Source: Heptranchias perlo (lineage: Eukaryota). From it: a stretch of DNA of 64,000 nt. The stretch is from positions 15,252,001-15,316,000 of the forward strand of contig NC_090340.1 in the NCBI RefSeq assembly GCF_035084215.1, written 5' to 3'. The notes beneath the pieces are model-generated. The model did not search any database. It saw nothing but the letters and a program-made list of their open reading frames with translations, and was not told where the DNA came from. Made by a program: the position numbers and the translations under genes. Positions within the stretch are counted from its first letter, which is position 1; the number at the start of each line of letters is the position of its first letter. Shown in pieces: positions 24,461-38,068 of the stretch.

Positions 24461-27400
24461 CAATGTGCACACAACACGGTCGCACAAATAACAAATTAAT
24501 TGAATGACAAGCGTATTCACTGATAAATTGGGATGGATTGCTGACTGGGACACTGGGAGAGCTGTGCGCTGTTCTTCAAAGATGCAGTGGGATCTTCTAC
24601 ATCAACCTGAAGAGGCAGATGGATCCTTAGTTGGGTCCTTAGATAATCTTAAAGGCAATGCACGCAATCTTAAAGACAATAATCTCAAATAATGATAAAT
24701 TCCTTATGTAATATCGGTGCGCACTCCCTGTTAACGTTTACCATTAGAAATGCGTACGTCGGAATTTCTAATCGAAATTGGTTCTCTGCCTATGACAAGC
24801 TGTAATTATGCCCTCCCGCAAGAGAGGCATTGCGCTGGCACGTGGGCGTAATTTCATCCTAACGGCTATAACATAGGAAATTTCCATTATAAAAATGAAT
24901 ATCGGAATTGATAGGACAGAAAGTATATGATTTCAAATGGATATCGAGTTGCGTCTGTATGCACTGAACCATATAGCACCCATCGTCTAACCTGATGACT
25001 GAATGCCAGTTTGATTCTCCTTGTGCAACACAATGGCGATTGAATCTATTTTATATAATTTACCTTAACATTAAAAAAAGGCTGATGCGGACTAACATGA
25101 TACAAGCAGAGCCAGTGAATTATGATGAGATGAGCTCCAGGAAGACAGTTAGCCTTCATGATCTGGATTACATCTTTTTGTGGAATATTTCAGCACCTTC
25201 TGCTGCTGGTCATTATTTATCCTTTTTATAAAAAGGACGAGGGCGGGAGTTCAAGTGACATTAAAAGAAATAAAAAATGACAATTTTCCTCTTCTTGTAC
25301 TTGGGCATAAAGGATTGTTTCTCCCATTGCCATGCAAATTCTCCTGCCCGATATTCCAAACGTCCCAGGACCTCCCACAATGCTCCTAGAACCTCCCCCT
25401 CCAGTGAATCCAGAACCTTGCCTTTTCCCTCCCACTCCTCCCGACCATTGGGCCCAAGCTTCCCCTTCCCCATCCCAAAATATACTGCGAAAACCTGAGG
25501 CGCCATCCAATTACTCCAGACCCTGATCCCTTCCCAGTGCGCCGTGATCCTATGATTGGCCCGAATTCTGATAAGCCAATTGTCCCTAACAATAGAACTT
25601 GCCAAAATAGCATGTTCTTTACAAGCTCTGACTCATTGTGAGCAACGCCACGAGAGATCAACTAATTATATATTTTAAAAGCTAACAGCTTTGCACTGTT
25701 CTTGTCACCTGCATCCATTATAAATTGATAGCTCCAAATGATTCATAGAAACAGCCAAAATAATCTTGTCACGCTAGAGGTACACTATGTCACTAGTGAA
25801 GGCCCTACTGCGTCATAACTAGCAGGACGGTGTCATTAGAGCTTGAGAAGTTTACCCTGGCAGTTTACATTATAAGTGTGGCTACAAGAATTTGTATTGA
25901 AAACGCAGAAAAATTGCTACTGAATGCATGACTTTAAAAAGTGATTGGATTATATCTGCACGTCCTGGCCCAATTAAAATCTGCCCACTAAAATCATTTC
26001 AATTGAAGACAACACATGGCCTTGACAGTTTGCAAAACCACGGGCAATTAATTCGTAATTGAGTAACAATCTTACATATGCACGTACTTCAATTATAACT
26101 TCCCCAGTTCACTTTAATAATGCGAAGTGCCTATATAAACTTGTCATATTGTACTGTCATGCTGCCACTAGCACCGAACTGCCTCAGCTTTATACCTCGC
26201 TGATCCTCAGCCTGTACTTCAGGGAAGAGCCTATGCTCTGACTGCCCTGCTTCCTAGATTGTCATAATTTTGCTTTTTAACTATAAATAATTATGTAAAA
26301 CAAAAGTAGATGAAAATAAGGACAGGATTTATGATTTCAATATGGAGATTGAATTAATTCTGCGTCCTCCGGGCCAATTATTTCTCAACCCTCAACCGCT
26401 CCTTCACGGGAACACTACCACTGGTCCTGGATCCCGGCGTGTAACGACACGGCCGAGGTGCCGAGTATTGTTACTGAGTCCACTTTCAGCACTCCCGGAC
26501 CACAACCGACCTGCTTGCACTACAACGTTACTTCACTCGTTCAGACCATTTCCTCTGTTGCTATTTTTGATTCTTCTGCTGCGTTGGCCGAATCTAGGTT
26601 TGCTTGGTGTGGGTCGTACTTTAAAGGATTGGGCTCTGCGAAGTTTAAATTCTTCATTTGGATTCGACGTTAAAGGACTGGACTTCAGCCAATGGGATCA
26701 GGCTGCAAATGATTCGGGGTATAATGGCCAGTTTGCAAAAGTGACCTCCCCACTTAGCCCAGCGGTCCACTCATTCGGCCCTCCTTGTTTCCTCCTCAAA
26801 AAATTTAGTCAGACTCGACCTTCCCTGAACAAATCCAAGCTGACTGTCCTTAATTGTCCTTAATTAATCCGTACCTTTCTAAATGACGATTAATACTGTC
26901 CATATAATTCTTTCCAATAATTTACCCACCTCCGAGATTAGGTTGTACCAGGTGTTTTAGAATCGTAGAATGTTACAGCATTGAAACAGACCATTCGGCA
27001 CATAGAGTCTGCACCATTGTTTCTCTCCACGTGAAACATTTGGTTAATTCCACTCTCCTGTTCGGTCTCCACAACCTTCAATATTCCTCGTTTTTCATGC
27101 AACTACTTCCCTTTGAAAAGGGTTTCTGCTTCAGAAAAGGAATGCGGCAGATAACTCCACATTCTAACCATGATCATTGTAAAGAATATTTTGCATCTCC
27201 CTTTGAATTTTTTGCGGTTATTTTACATTTGTGCCCTATTGTTACCGTGTCCCGGCCAGTGATAACGATTTATCGCTATTACTTTATTACATCCTTCACA
27301 ATCTACAAAACCTCTACATGTTCATCCCTTAATCTTCTCAGCTCCATTGATGAAAGCCCGAGCTTCTCACATCTCTCCATAACATTATTCCACATTTTTT

Positions 27401-29349
27401 AGTAACATAATAGCCTATCGATGCTGCACGCCTTCCATTGTATCCCAATCCGTCTTGTAAAGGGATGCTCAAACCTCTGCACAACATTCCAATTGTAGTC
27501 AAACTAAATTCACGTTCATTACCTCTTTGCTTTTCTATTTTATGCCTCTCGAGAGGAACTCAAAATAGTCTCTTCGGCTTTTTATGATCTAATCTCTGCG
27601 CTGCCATTGTTAGTGTCTTATGCATATGCACACCAAGGTCACTCTGCTCCTCTGCACCATTTCAAATCCAACTATTAAATGAGTGTTTTGTTTGTCTGTT
27701 TTTATCTCCAAGAATGTTTTACCTCAAATTTCTCTGCTTTCTACATCTGCTATCTAACTGTCTATTCAGCGATGTCTATCAATGTCCCCCTTCATGACTT
27801 CACACGCTCCATCTTAATTCTCCATCATCCCCTTCCCATTAGGTGTCATCTTTATGTGTTTAGTGAATAAAAGCAGCATCAACTCCGTTGGCTGGGAAGT
27901 ATCAGTCAACAAATATTTCCATTCCAAGAACCTGCATTTTACTCTTGTACTTTGTTCGCTACCTTCCAATCATCTCTCTAACCTTGTGGTCACATTCCTC
28001 TTACTTTGCCGTGGGGTTCTTATCTGACTTCTTATCAAACGCGCTTCTGAAGTCCATATGAAACACATTCACAACCTTTCCTTTGCATTTTCCCTCTGTT
28101 ATTTCTTCAAAGAATTATCTAAAGGAAACAAAGCACGATCTGCTATTTAGAAATCGGTGCTGGCTGGCCTTGATGAGTTTCTACAAGTGCCTGGCAGTTT
28201 GATCCAGATTAACACAGGGCACATTAAATGTAAGTAAATGTTCAACAACTAGGATTATGTTTCACATTATTTTTACATTCGATTTTCTCATCTAATAACT
28301 GCATAATGTTTGAAGAATAATGTTTCAAGATTCCTTTGCTAACTTGTTAACCAATTTTGACACATTCGTGAAAAGTCAACGAGTGGGCGCTCAGCCAGCC
28401 CTGTGTTCTGAAAAAATGGAAGCGATTAGCTGAAGATTTCGCCTAGTGTTTTTTGCGAAACCAACAAGTGTTGCGAAATATTGACACCGGCGCGTGGGTT
28501 TCTAAAGCTAAGTGTAAACATGGTTCATTTGCACATCTCCGCTGTCGCAGTTCAAGTTTTAAATTTAGCTGTTAATTGCAAAACTCTGAAAACTTATCGA
28601 GTGTTGCAACAGCAGCAGTTATTACGCCTCATGGTTCAGTGTAATTGCATCAACGGGCAATGCTCACATTTATTCATCTACACATACGTTTCAGTACATT
28701 AAAACTGGCTAAACCACTGACACTTGGCTTAAATTAATGTACTGCAATATTGTAATATTGATCACACGGGCTTCCAACTTGTAAGTTGTGGACAACTGTC
28801 TAAAATGCCAAAAGTATTTGGTTAACGTGAAGCATATTTTATTCAATCGCATTTTAATTGTAATAATTTTAAGAGGAGAGCCATTACTTAAAATTGTCCC
28901 TTGTTTCTGTGCATACACAGTGAAAATATATTCAACCTAGAGTATTAAAATGGACATATAAAAAAAATCAAGGTTAACATATCAATAAGAAAGGACAAAC
29001 ATTTTGGCAGACTCAAGGGGGGTAAAATTCAATTATTTCGCTATCTCTATCTTAACCCAGCACCAACTCGTTGTAATTTCTCACCCATCCTAATCAGAAA
29101 TGTATTTTTTTCACCGATTCTGCAGTCACGGCGCTTGGTGCATTTTACAAGTCTGAGTCAGAACAAGCTGGGCTTTCAGTTAGATGCTCTCCATGATTTC
29201 TAGACCTAAGAATCAGGACTCTGATTCCACACAAACGGCCGGCTACCCAACTGCAGTTGATAACGTCGTCCCAGCTGATCGACGTGAACTGATTGTAGCG
29301 ACTCCATTGGATATATTATTGTATATCGATAACACGTCATTTTTTTTAG

Positions 29350-32300
29350 CACAGAGCTTGCTGGGGACAAGAGTTGGGTGAATCTGCTGAACGGAGTGAA
29401 TTGTAAACAGAGTGAGGACTTTAAAAACGGAAATTTGGTGAGAGTAGAAATTAATAAGAGGGGTAGGAGGGCCTAAGTAATTTGTACCAAGGGGGGAAAG
29501 TAAATCAGCAAATTTATCAATTAATAATCAGTAATAATTCGCATCAAGTGTCTCCAACTGCTCGAACTCAAGCTCAGGGTTTCTGAGCATGAGGAGAGAA
29601 TGGAGTCACTGCAAGGCATACGGGTGGGTGAGAATTTCCTGGATCGCATGTTCCAGGAGGTGGTCACTCCGCAACCGCAGAGAGGAGAATAGTAAGTCCA
29701 TGGTCATTCGGCGGGGTAGGAAGAGTTAAGCAGTACAGGAATTCTCTGGAAGTGTGGCACTCTCAAACCAGTTTTGGGTGCTGAATACTGCTGAGGGTGA
29801 CAACACCTCAGGAGAGTGCAATCTAGAGCACATATACGTTACCGTGGGGTATTTGACTGCACGGGGTTGGGGGTGGGGTTGGCAGATAGTTGGGGTGGCA
29901 CATCAAAGTGTAGAAATGCAGTTGTCACAGGGGATTCTATAGTCAGGAGGATAGACAGGCGTTTCAGCAACCGCCGACGTGAGTCTTGCATGGTGTGCTG
30001 CCTCTCTGGTGCCAGGGCAAAGGACATCACTGAACGACTGCAGAATATTTTACGTGGAAAAGGGGGACAGCTGGAAGCCTTGGTCCATGTTGAATCTATG
30101 ACATTGGTAGGAAAAGGGTTGAGGTCCGCCAGACAGAATTTCAGGAGCAAGGGTGGAAATAAAAGAGCAGAACTCAAAGGTAGTAATCTCTGGATTACTC
30201 CCAGTGCCACGTCCTCGTGATTATAGGAACAGTAGGATAAGACAGGATAACGCGTGGCTGGAGAAATGGTGAAGCAGTGAGGACTTCAGATTCCTGGGTC
30301 ACTCGGACCAGTTCTGGGGCAAGAGGGACCTGTACAACAGGTTAGACCTCAACAGGGTTGGGACCAATGTCCTTGTGGAGAGGTTAACTAGTGCTGTGGG
30401 GGAGGGTGTAAACTAATTTGACAGTAGGAGGGGCACCAGAATGAAGCATTAGAGAGGAAAAACAATATGCACCGAGGACTGGGAGAGGCAAACAGCATTA
30501 GAATGAAGAGTAGTTTAGAAATAGGAGGTATCAGACAGGGGTAAATGCATGGTAGTCTAAGGTGGGCCTCGAGTGCATGTGTGTAAATGCACGGAGCGTA
30601 GCAAATAAAGTTGGTGAGCTTCAGGCACAAGTAGCTGCATGAGATTATGATATAGTAGCAATAGTGGAGACTTGGCTCAAACAAGGGGAGGAATGCACAC
30701 TTAATATTCCTGGCTACACGCTATTTAGGAAAGAAAGGGAAAGAACAAAATGAGGGGATGGCAGCATTGATCAAAGATGCTGCTCCAGCACTAGAAAGGG
30801 ATGCTGTACATAAAGGTTCAGAGACGGAATCTATTTGGTTCGAGTTACGGAACAGTAGAAGAATTATTATACTGCTGGATGTATGCTATAGGCCACCAAA
30901 ATAGTGGGAAGGAAATGGAGGAGCACATTTGCAGGCAACTTGCAGAAAGATGCAAGAACTTTAGAGTAGTGATAATGAGGGACTTCAATTGTCCGAATAT
31001 AGGCTGGGAAAATAGCTTTGCAAAGGGCAAAGAGGGGGAGGAATTCTTGAAATGTGCACAAGAGAACACCCTCCATCAGAATGTTTCCAGACCAACGAGG
31101 AAAGAAGCAGTGCCGGATCTAGTCTGGGGAATGAAGAAGTACTGGTGGAGCATGTTTCAAAGGGGCAGCATTTGGGAAAGAGTGATCAAAGCATCATTGG
31201 GTTTAGAATAGTTATGGAAAAGGACAAACACAGATCAAAGATGAAAATACTCAACTTGAGGAGAGCTAATTTCAGTGAGTTGAAAAGGGACCTGGCCCAG
31301 GTGGATTGGATTCAAAGATTGGTAGGTATAACGTTAAATGAGCAATGGAAGGCCTTCAACGGGGATATAGTCTGGGTACAGACTAGAAACATTCCCACGA
31401 GGGGGAAAGAAGGGCAGCCAAAGCAAGAGCTCCCTGAATAATGAAAGATATAGAGATTAAAATGAAACAGGAAATGAAGGCTTATGATAAATATCAGGTT
31501 CATAATTCAGTAAAGAACCAAGCTGAATACAAAAAGTAAAGAGGAGAACTGAAAACAAAATAAGAGGGTAAAGGGAGTGTATGAGAATAGATTAGCAGCT
31601 AACATAAAAGGGAACCCAAAAGTATTTTATAAATATATAAATAGTAAAATAATAGTCAAAGGAAGAGTTCGGCCAATTAGTGACCATAAAGTTGATTTTC
31701 TTGTGGAGGCAGAGGGCATGGCAGAGGTAGTAAATGAGCACTTTGTATCTGTATTCACTAAGGAAGAGGATGCTGCCAGTTTCATTAAAGGAGGAGGTAG
31801 TAGAGAAGTTGGATGAGATAAAAATGGACGAAAAGGAAGTTCGTAAAAGGTTGGCAGCGTTCAAAGTAGAGAAGTCACCTGGTCCAGAGGGGATGCATCC
31901 TCAGTTGCTGAGGGAAGTAAGGGTGGAAATTGTAACGGCTCTGGCCACAATCTTCCAATCATCCTTAGATATGGGAGTCGTGCCAAAGGACTGAAAGATT
32001 GGAAATGTTACACCCCTGTTCGAATCAGGGGAGAAGAATAAACCCGGCAACCAGAGGCCAATCACCCTAACGTCAGTGGTGGGGAAAATTTTAGAGACAC
32101 AAATCCGGGACAAAATTAATTGGCACTTGGAAGAATATGATTAATAAATAAAAGCCAGTATGGATTTGTTAAAGGCAACTCGTGTTTGACTAACTTGATT
32201 GAGTTCTTTGATGAAGTAATGGAGAAGGTTGATGTGGTAGTGCAGCTGATTTTGTGTATATGAACTTTCAAAAGGTATTTGATCAAGTGCTACTTATTAG

Positions 32301-33566
32301 ACTTGTTAGCACGATTCAAGCCCATGGGATTAAAGGAGCAGTAGCTGCGAGGTTACGCAATTGGCAAAGGGACTGCGAGCAGAGAGTCGTGGTGAGCGGT
32401 TGTTTTTCAGACTGGAGGGAAGTGTGCAGTGATGTCCCCCAGGGGTCACTGTTGGGTCTAATGCTCTTTTTGAAATATATTAATGAACTGGACTTGGGTG
32501 GAGAGGGCATAATTTCAAAGTTTGCAGATGACACCAAACTTGGAAATGTAGTAACCAGCGAGGACGATAGTAAAAAACTCCAGGAGGACATAGGCAGACT
32601 GATGTAATGGGCAGACGCATGACAGATGAAATTTAACGCAGTGAAGTAGTTCATTTTGGTGGGAAGAATGAGGAGAGGCAATATAAACGAAATGGTACAA
32701 TTTTAAAGGGGGTGCAGCAACAGAGAGGCCTGGGGGTGCACGTACACAAATCTTTGCAGGTGGCAGGGCAAGTTGAGAAGGCTGTTAAAAAGGCATACGG
32801 GATCTTTGGCTTTCTAAATAGAGGCATAGAATGTAAAAGCAAGAAAGTTATGCTAAACCTTTACTAAACAATGGTTAGGCCCCAGCTGGAGCGTTGTGTT
32901 CAATTCTGGGCAACACAATTTAGAAAGGAAGTCAAGGCTTTAGAGAGGGTGAAGAGGAGACTTAACAGAATGGTACCAGCGATTAAAGACTTCAGTTACT
33001 TGGACAGACTAGAGAAACTGGGGCTATTCCCCTTCGAGCATGGAAGGTCACAAGGAGATTTGATAGAAGTGTTAAAAATCATGAAGGGTTTTCATAGAGT
33101 AAATAAGGAGTAACTGTTTCCAGTGGCAAATGGGTCGATAACCAGAGGATACATATTAAAGATAATTCACAAAAGAACCAGAGGCGACATGAGGGGAAAA
33201 GTATTTACGCAGCGAGTTGTTATGATCTGGAGTGCACTGCTTGAAAGGGTGGTGGAAGGAGATTCAATAATAACTTTCCAAAGGAAATTCGATAAATACT
33301 TGAAGGAAGAAATTTGCTCGGCAATGGGGAAAGAGCAGGGGAGTTGGACGAATTGGATATCTCTTTCAAAGATCTGGCACAGGCACGATGGGCTGAATGG
33401 CCTCCTTATGTGCTGTATCATTCCAGGATTCTATTATTTACACACTGTGCACTTTTAAAGTGGAGTGGGATTTGCTGGGTTGCACTTGCATAGAGCCGGC
33501 GCAGACTCGATGAACCGAATGGCCTCCTTCCGTGCTGTAACCTTTCTATGATTCTATGATTCTATG
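29350..33566 (+). mobile_element. Near full-length degenerate CR1 (ORF1 esterase, ORF2 APE-RT) with two successive 3' tails
   Basis: GDSIVRRIDR SGNH/GDSL motif, APE (DFNCPNI.W), RT (KSPGPEG, VPQGS, FADD), (ATTCTATG)n at about 33545-33566. Confidence 0.9.
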
Positions 33567-35448
33567 AAAACAATGGGAGAACGGTGGTACTGTGACTGCT
33601 TCCTTCCCGGCAGTATGAAGATTGTAGATGCAACCGAGATCCTTTTGCTTTCAGTGGGAAACACAAGTGCTGATATACAAATTGAGTCAGTACAAAATAT
33701 GGATATAATGAGCACCGCGAGGGATCCCTTGGGAAATTTATTGTTTAACGTACTTTCACCTCACACTGCTGTCATACTCAGTGCGTTGTCGAACCGAAGC
33801 CCTTTGAGACCAACTCCTCCAGGTCGGGCTATACCTTGGATTCAAGCTGAAACTTTAGCATGGCAGCCGAGCCGAAACGACTTTACGGGGATGCTAAAGT
33901 TAGTAACAATGGTTTACGGCCCACAACTTATAATCTATGTTGGAGCCGAATATCCAGTTGGAAAATCCCAGGAAAAACTAATACGTCTTTTCCAAGATTC
34001 ACAGATCCCGGCTGATACTCTATCTTTTTATTGTAAAAGTTGCCAAAAAGGAATTCCACGATAAAATAGAGGAACCTCTCTTTGTTGGAGGAGGGGGTTC
34101 TTTTTAGTTAATAAACTATTTTTTAGTAACACAACTCCTTTCTTGTACATGGGTTGTCCTGCTCATGGCCCGGTGTAATAATGTCATTCGGGCCGCACTA
34201 TTCTTTATAATTCAGGTTAGTAAGAAAGAATGTGTGTCATGGGACCAAAGCTTCCTGAATACAAACACCGGGACGCTTCTTGAGCGATCTGGTTAAATAA
34301 AAGTCAAAAGCTTTTTAATCAGCCTATCTCATTAATGGACAAGGCGATACAGATATGCTTAACGTAGCAGGAAAGTCAGTCCCGCCTGTCAGCTAATGCA
34401 GTAAACTGAAGCTGCATGTATATTTAGGTTGCAACCGCAGACAATTAGATACGTACAGATTTACATGTCCATTCATTAACAGTCAAATAAGCCTGCAGCG
34501 GCTCCACTTTTGCAAAGAGAAGTCAGATTAAACTTACTTTCACAAATATCTAGGAACACATACTCTTGGTACACATGCACCCTGATAATTATCTGAGCAA
34601 GTGCTTTACCTGTGATCGTTCGACTATTTTACCGTTTGAAGTTTTTACCGTAAAGTATGAAGAGCTGTACCCGTTGATATTGTGACCAGCTGCATCAGAT
34701 TGTCCTTTTAGCTTTGGAGACAGATAGGTCTGACAAACAACTTGCTGATGGCTCAGTGGGAAAATGATCCCCGAGGTGCAGTACTGAGTTATGCAGAACA
34801 AGAAGGTCACTTTTACCAATTGTTGTCTGTTGAAATAGAGTCTAGGCCGTGGGGTTCCACAGCCAACCTCAGCTGTCGTGACCTCCGGTTGATGTTCGTG
34901 CGTAGAGAAGATAAAGCCGAGATGTGATAGTTCCTACCAACTGATTACCTACTAATGGACTGGAGAAAGAACAATGTCTTCTGTGGAGCTGAAACTCCTA
35001 CGCGCCAATGTCATCCCGAAGATTAAATAAATTACTGGAGCATTCATCGGCCGACATTGCAAGCAATGATGTCGATACAAAGCGATTGTTACATTTTGGG
35101 TTATTTTGCCTTTTTTCGCTCTCTCTCTTTCTCTTCCTCTCTCCTGCTGCAGCCTACGATCTGCAGTCGGTTATCCAACCATACTGGGCTTCCACCTTCG
35201 CGTCTGCAAATGGGACCAGCCTGACATTGCTATTGTTCGTGAGCCATCTTTACGGTTCTAGCAAATTAAAAAATGCCTATCTGTAAAACTAAGGATGGGG
35301 TGTGAATGCACCCTCACATTAGTTGGATTTGACACGCAGTTGGATGCAATTTCAGGGCAGGATCAATCCTCGTGCACAGAATACGCACGTTTAAAGGAGA
35401 GGGGCTTCTCTTTCTCAAGCTTCTTGAGCATTCGAATTGTTTAATTGT

Positions 35449-35941
35449 TGGTAGCATAGTGGTTATGTTATTGGACTGGTAATCCAGAGGCCTGGACTAA
35501 TAATTCGGAGACAAGAGTTCAAATGGGCCACGGCAGCTGGGGAATTTAAATTTAGTTAATTAAATAAAATCTGGAATAAAAAGCTAGTATCAGTAATGGT
35601 GACCACGAAGCTACCGGATTGGCGTAAAAACCCAATTGGTTCAATAATGTGCTTTAGGGAAGGAAATGTGCCGCATTTACCCTGTCTGGCCTTTTTGTGA
35701 CTCCAGACCCACGGCAATGTGGTTGATTCGTAACTGCCCTCTGAAATGGCCGGGCAAGCCACTCAGTTTTACAATCCCGCGACAAAAAGACATAATACCT
35801 AACAGCACTGTGGGAGAACCTTCACCCGGACTGCAGCGGTTCAAGAAGGCTGCTCACCACCACCTTCTCAAGGGAAATTAGGGATGGGCAATAAATGCTG
35901 GTCTTGCCAGCGATGCCCTCATCCCATGAATTAATTAAAAA
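35449..35941 (+). mobile_element. tRNA-derived SINE with LINE-derived 3' tail
   Basis: A-box-like TAGCATAGTGG and B-box-like GAGTTCAAAT. The 3' end is shared with the AAHHHLLKGN LINE family. Confidence 0.7.
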
Positions 35942-37104
35942 GGATGTGCGCTCTGCCCGAAACAGTATCCCCGCCGCACATATCGCTCTCCTGGACCTGA
36001 CTTGGAGAGGGCCAAGCAAGATAAGCGTGTGTCGGCCTGGCCGACCTGAACTAGAGCTACTGATTTCACATCGGTAGCTGCAATGTAAATGCACTCTAAC
36101 AATCAGTTCAATTAAAAACAATAAATCTTATCTTCACTTGTTATTTATGGCTTTAGATAAGGGTGAAGTTACGGTGCAGATAAACCTAAACTTTTTGAAT
36201 ATTTAGCTTTATCTGAAAGACCATTTGGTCCATCCTAGCTCAGCCATCTAAAAACCGACATTTCCCCTATTACAGAATTTAATTCCCCCTTAAATGATTT
36301 CAGAGTGATGCCTCCACTTCAGTACCTCATGTCCACTTCCATTTGAGATAGTCTTTGTGTAAAGAAAAGGTTTTCCTTATCTGTTATCGTGATGTAGGTT
36401 ACATCTGCAAGGCTGCATTTATTGTCCATTCGAATTGCCCTATACAAAGTGTCGGTGGGCCATTTCTTGCTGATGTTTTTTTTTGTGTACAATGATGAAG
36501 GAATGGCGAAGTATGTCCAAGTCAGAATGGCGTTCCCATATCGTTGCTGCTCTCATCCTGCTCATGGGAGAGGTCGAGGGCCTGGGAGGTGTTGTCCAAT
36601 AAGAACTTCTTTATATGAGTCCTAAATCAGCTCGCGTCCCATCAGCCGGATAATAGATTCGGTTTACACAGCGTTTAGCACACGGACGTCGATATCATGA
36701 CTTTTAGCCAGTCAACCTGAAATTTTATGACCATTATATTTCCGTATAACCTCAGGGTTAGTGAGAGCCTCTGGGTAATACACGGGAAGGAGAACTCGAT
36801 TAGGACTTATGGTTGAAGCCAATGTTATCTGTTTTCAAGGTTTGTTCCAACTGCACATTAAAACTCAGAAATCCTCACAGAATCGTATTAAAATTGGAGA
36901 TAATTATCTGGATATTGTAACAGAAAGTTATAATTTGCAGCAAGTGATAAATCAACTGTGCTCTGACACACAGTCACTTTCCAACCCATTACGTTGTGGA
37001 TGCGTAATGACTTGGAATGAAAACATGTGAGGCCCCGGCCCGGCAATGGTTTTACACCGTTGTTAATCGCTGCAGGGGCTGGGATTCAAACACTGTCAGC
37101 ATAA

Positions 37105-37542
37105 TCTGAAATTGAATGTTATGTTCGGCTTTGTACCGACTCTAGAAATTTCTTTGAAATCACTGAATGTAAACTGAATAACTGTGTCAATCTTTCAATA
37201 TCATTAAATTTCATTCGTTCCAGGTAAACAGGAACGTGTAATGGGACCGACCCGCCATGAAGAGCTGGTACGTTCATTCATTCATCCTCTGCAGAGGGTT
37301 CAAGTGCGAAGAAAGATTGCTATAATGGAGAGATATTATCACAATATTGCCAGAACAGTTTAAGTCTATTTACTAAAAGCATTTGCCCGGCCTTAGTGAA
37401 TCATTCAAATCGTAGTTAGAAAAGTATTTGGCAAAGTATTTAATGATATTGAAAAATTGACACAGTTATTCAGTTTCCATTCAGTGATTTCAAAGAAATT
37501 TCTAGAGTCGGTACAAAGCCGAACATAATGTTCAATTTCAGA
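37105..37542. repeat. 105-bp inverted repeat (37105-37209 / 37438-37542) enclosing the 44-nt exon
   Basis: Reverse-complement comparison shows 4 mismatches in 105 nt, with a 228-nt spacer. Confidence 0.95.
37224..37267 (+). CDS. Cytoplasmic micro-exon, 44 nt, phase 1 to 0 (GKQERVMGPTRHEEL)
   Basis: ttccag acceptor and gtacgt donor. It exactly bridges a phase-1 TM exon to the phase-0 ITIM exon. Confidence 0.75.
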
Positions 37543-37921
37543 ATTGGCGTTGCTGGCAAAAATGTTAGATAGCGGACAAGAAAACTGCCAGTTTCGTTTG
37601 AAATGTACCCAGTTAATAACTGTTTATGGAGTCATCCATTGTCTGTATTTGAAAAAAATATTTTATGTTCAAAGCTGCCGCTTATTTAAACATTTCTGTA
37701 ACAGTGTTGTAGAGTGAATCGTGACAGGTTTAAATATTAGTTATAGTGACCACAGCACTCATCAGCTTTAATATTCGTACTTATGCCAATATATTAATTA
37801 TGCTTTGTGCACCTGGTCTCGAGCCAAGCTCGTTTTGTTCAATGTTTCGTCAGCAGTACGTAAATTGGTGAAGGCAATGAACTAGCCACGTAACCAAATA
37901 TTTGCTTTCTGGCCCATGCAG

Positions 37922-38068
37922 GGAGCAGAGGCTGATATCGTGCATTATGCTGCATTAGATATCAGCAAAGACATGAAAACTCCAAGACGTAAAGATGAAG
38001 AGGAGAGGACCGTGTATGCTCAGGTAGGGTTGAATAACAGATCAGAGAAACATGGATCATTACTGTAA
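37922..38068 (+). CDS. Terminal cytoplasmic exon with ITIM (VHYAAL) and ITSM (TVYAQV)
   Basis: cag acceptor. GAEADIVHYAALDISKDMKTPRRKDEEERTVYAQVGLNNRSEKHGSLL*. AATAAA at 38734. Confidence 0.82.
   Translation, partial: GAEADIVHYAALDISKDMKTPRRKDEEERTVYAQVGLNNRSEKHGSLL

Noticed and set aside
33564-34064. 166-aa ORF
   Set aside because: Starts in a CR1 tail and has no recognisable domain or exon structure
36630-36720. TM exon for the distal tail at the expected paralogous position
   Set aside because: Only faint nucleotide resemblance, with no hydrophobic frame or GT donor
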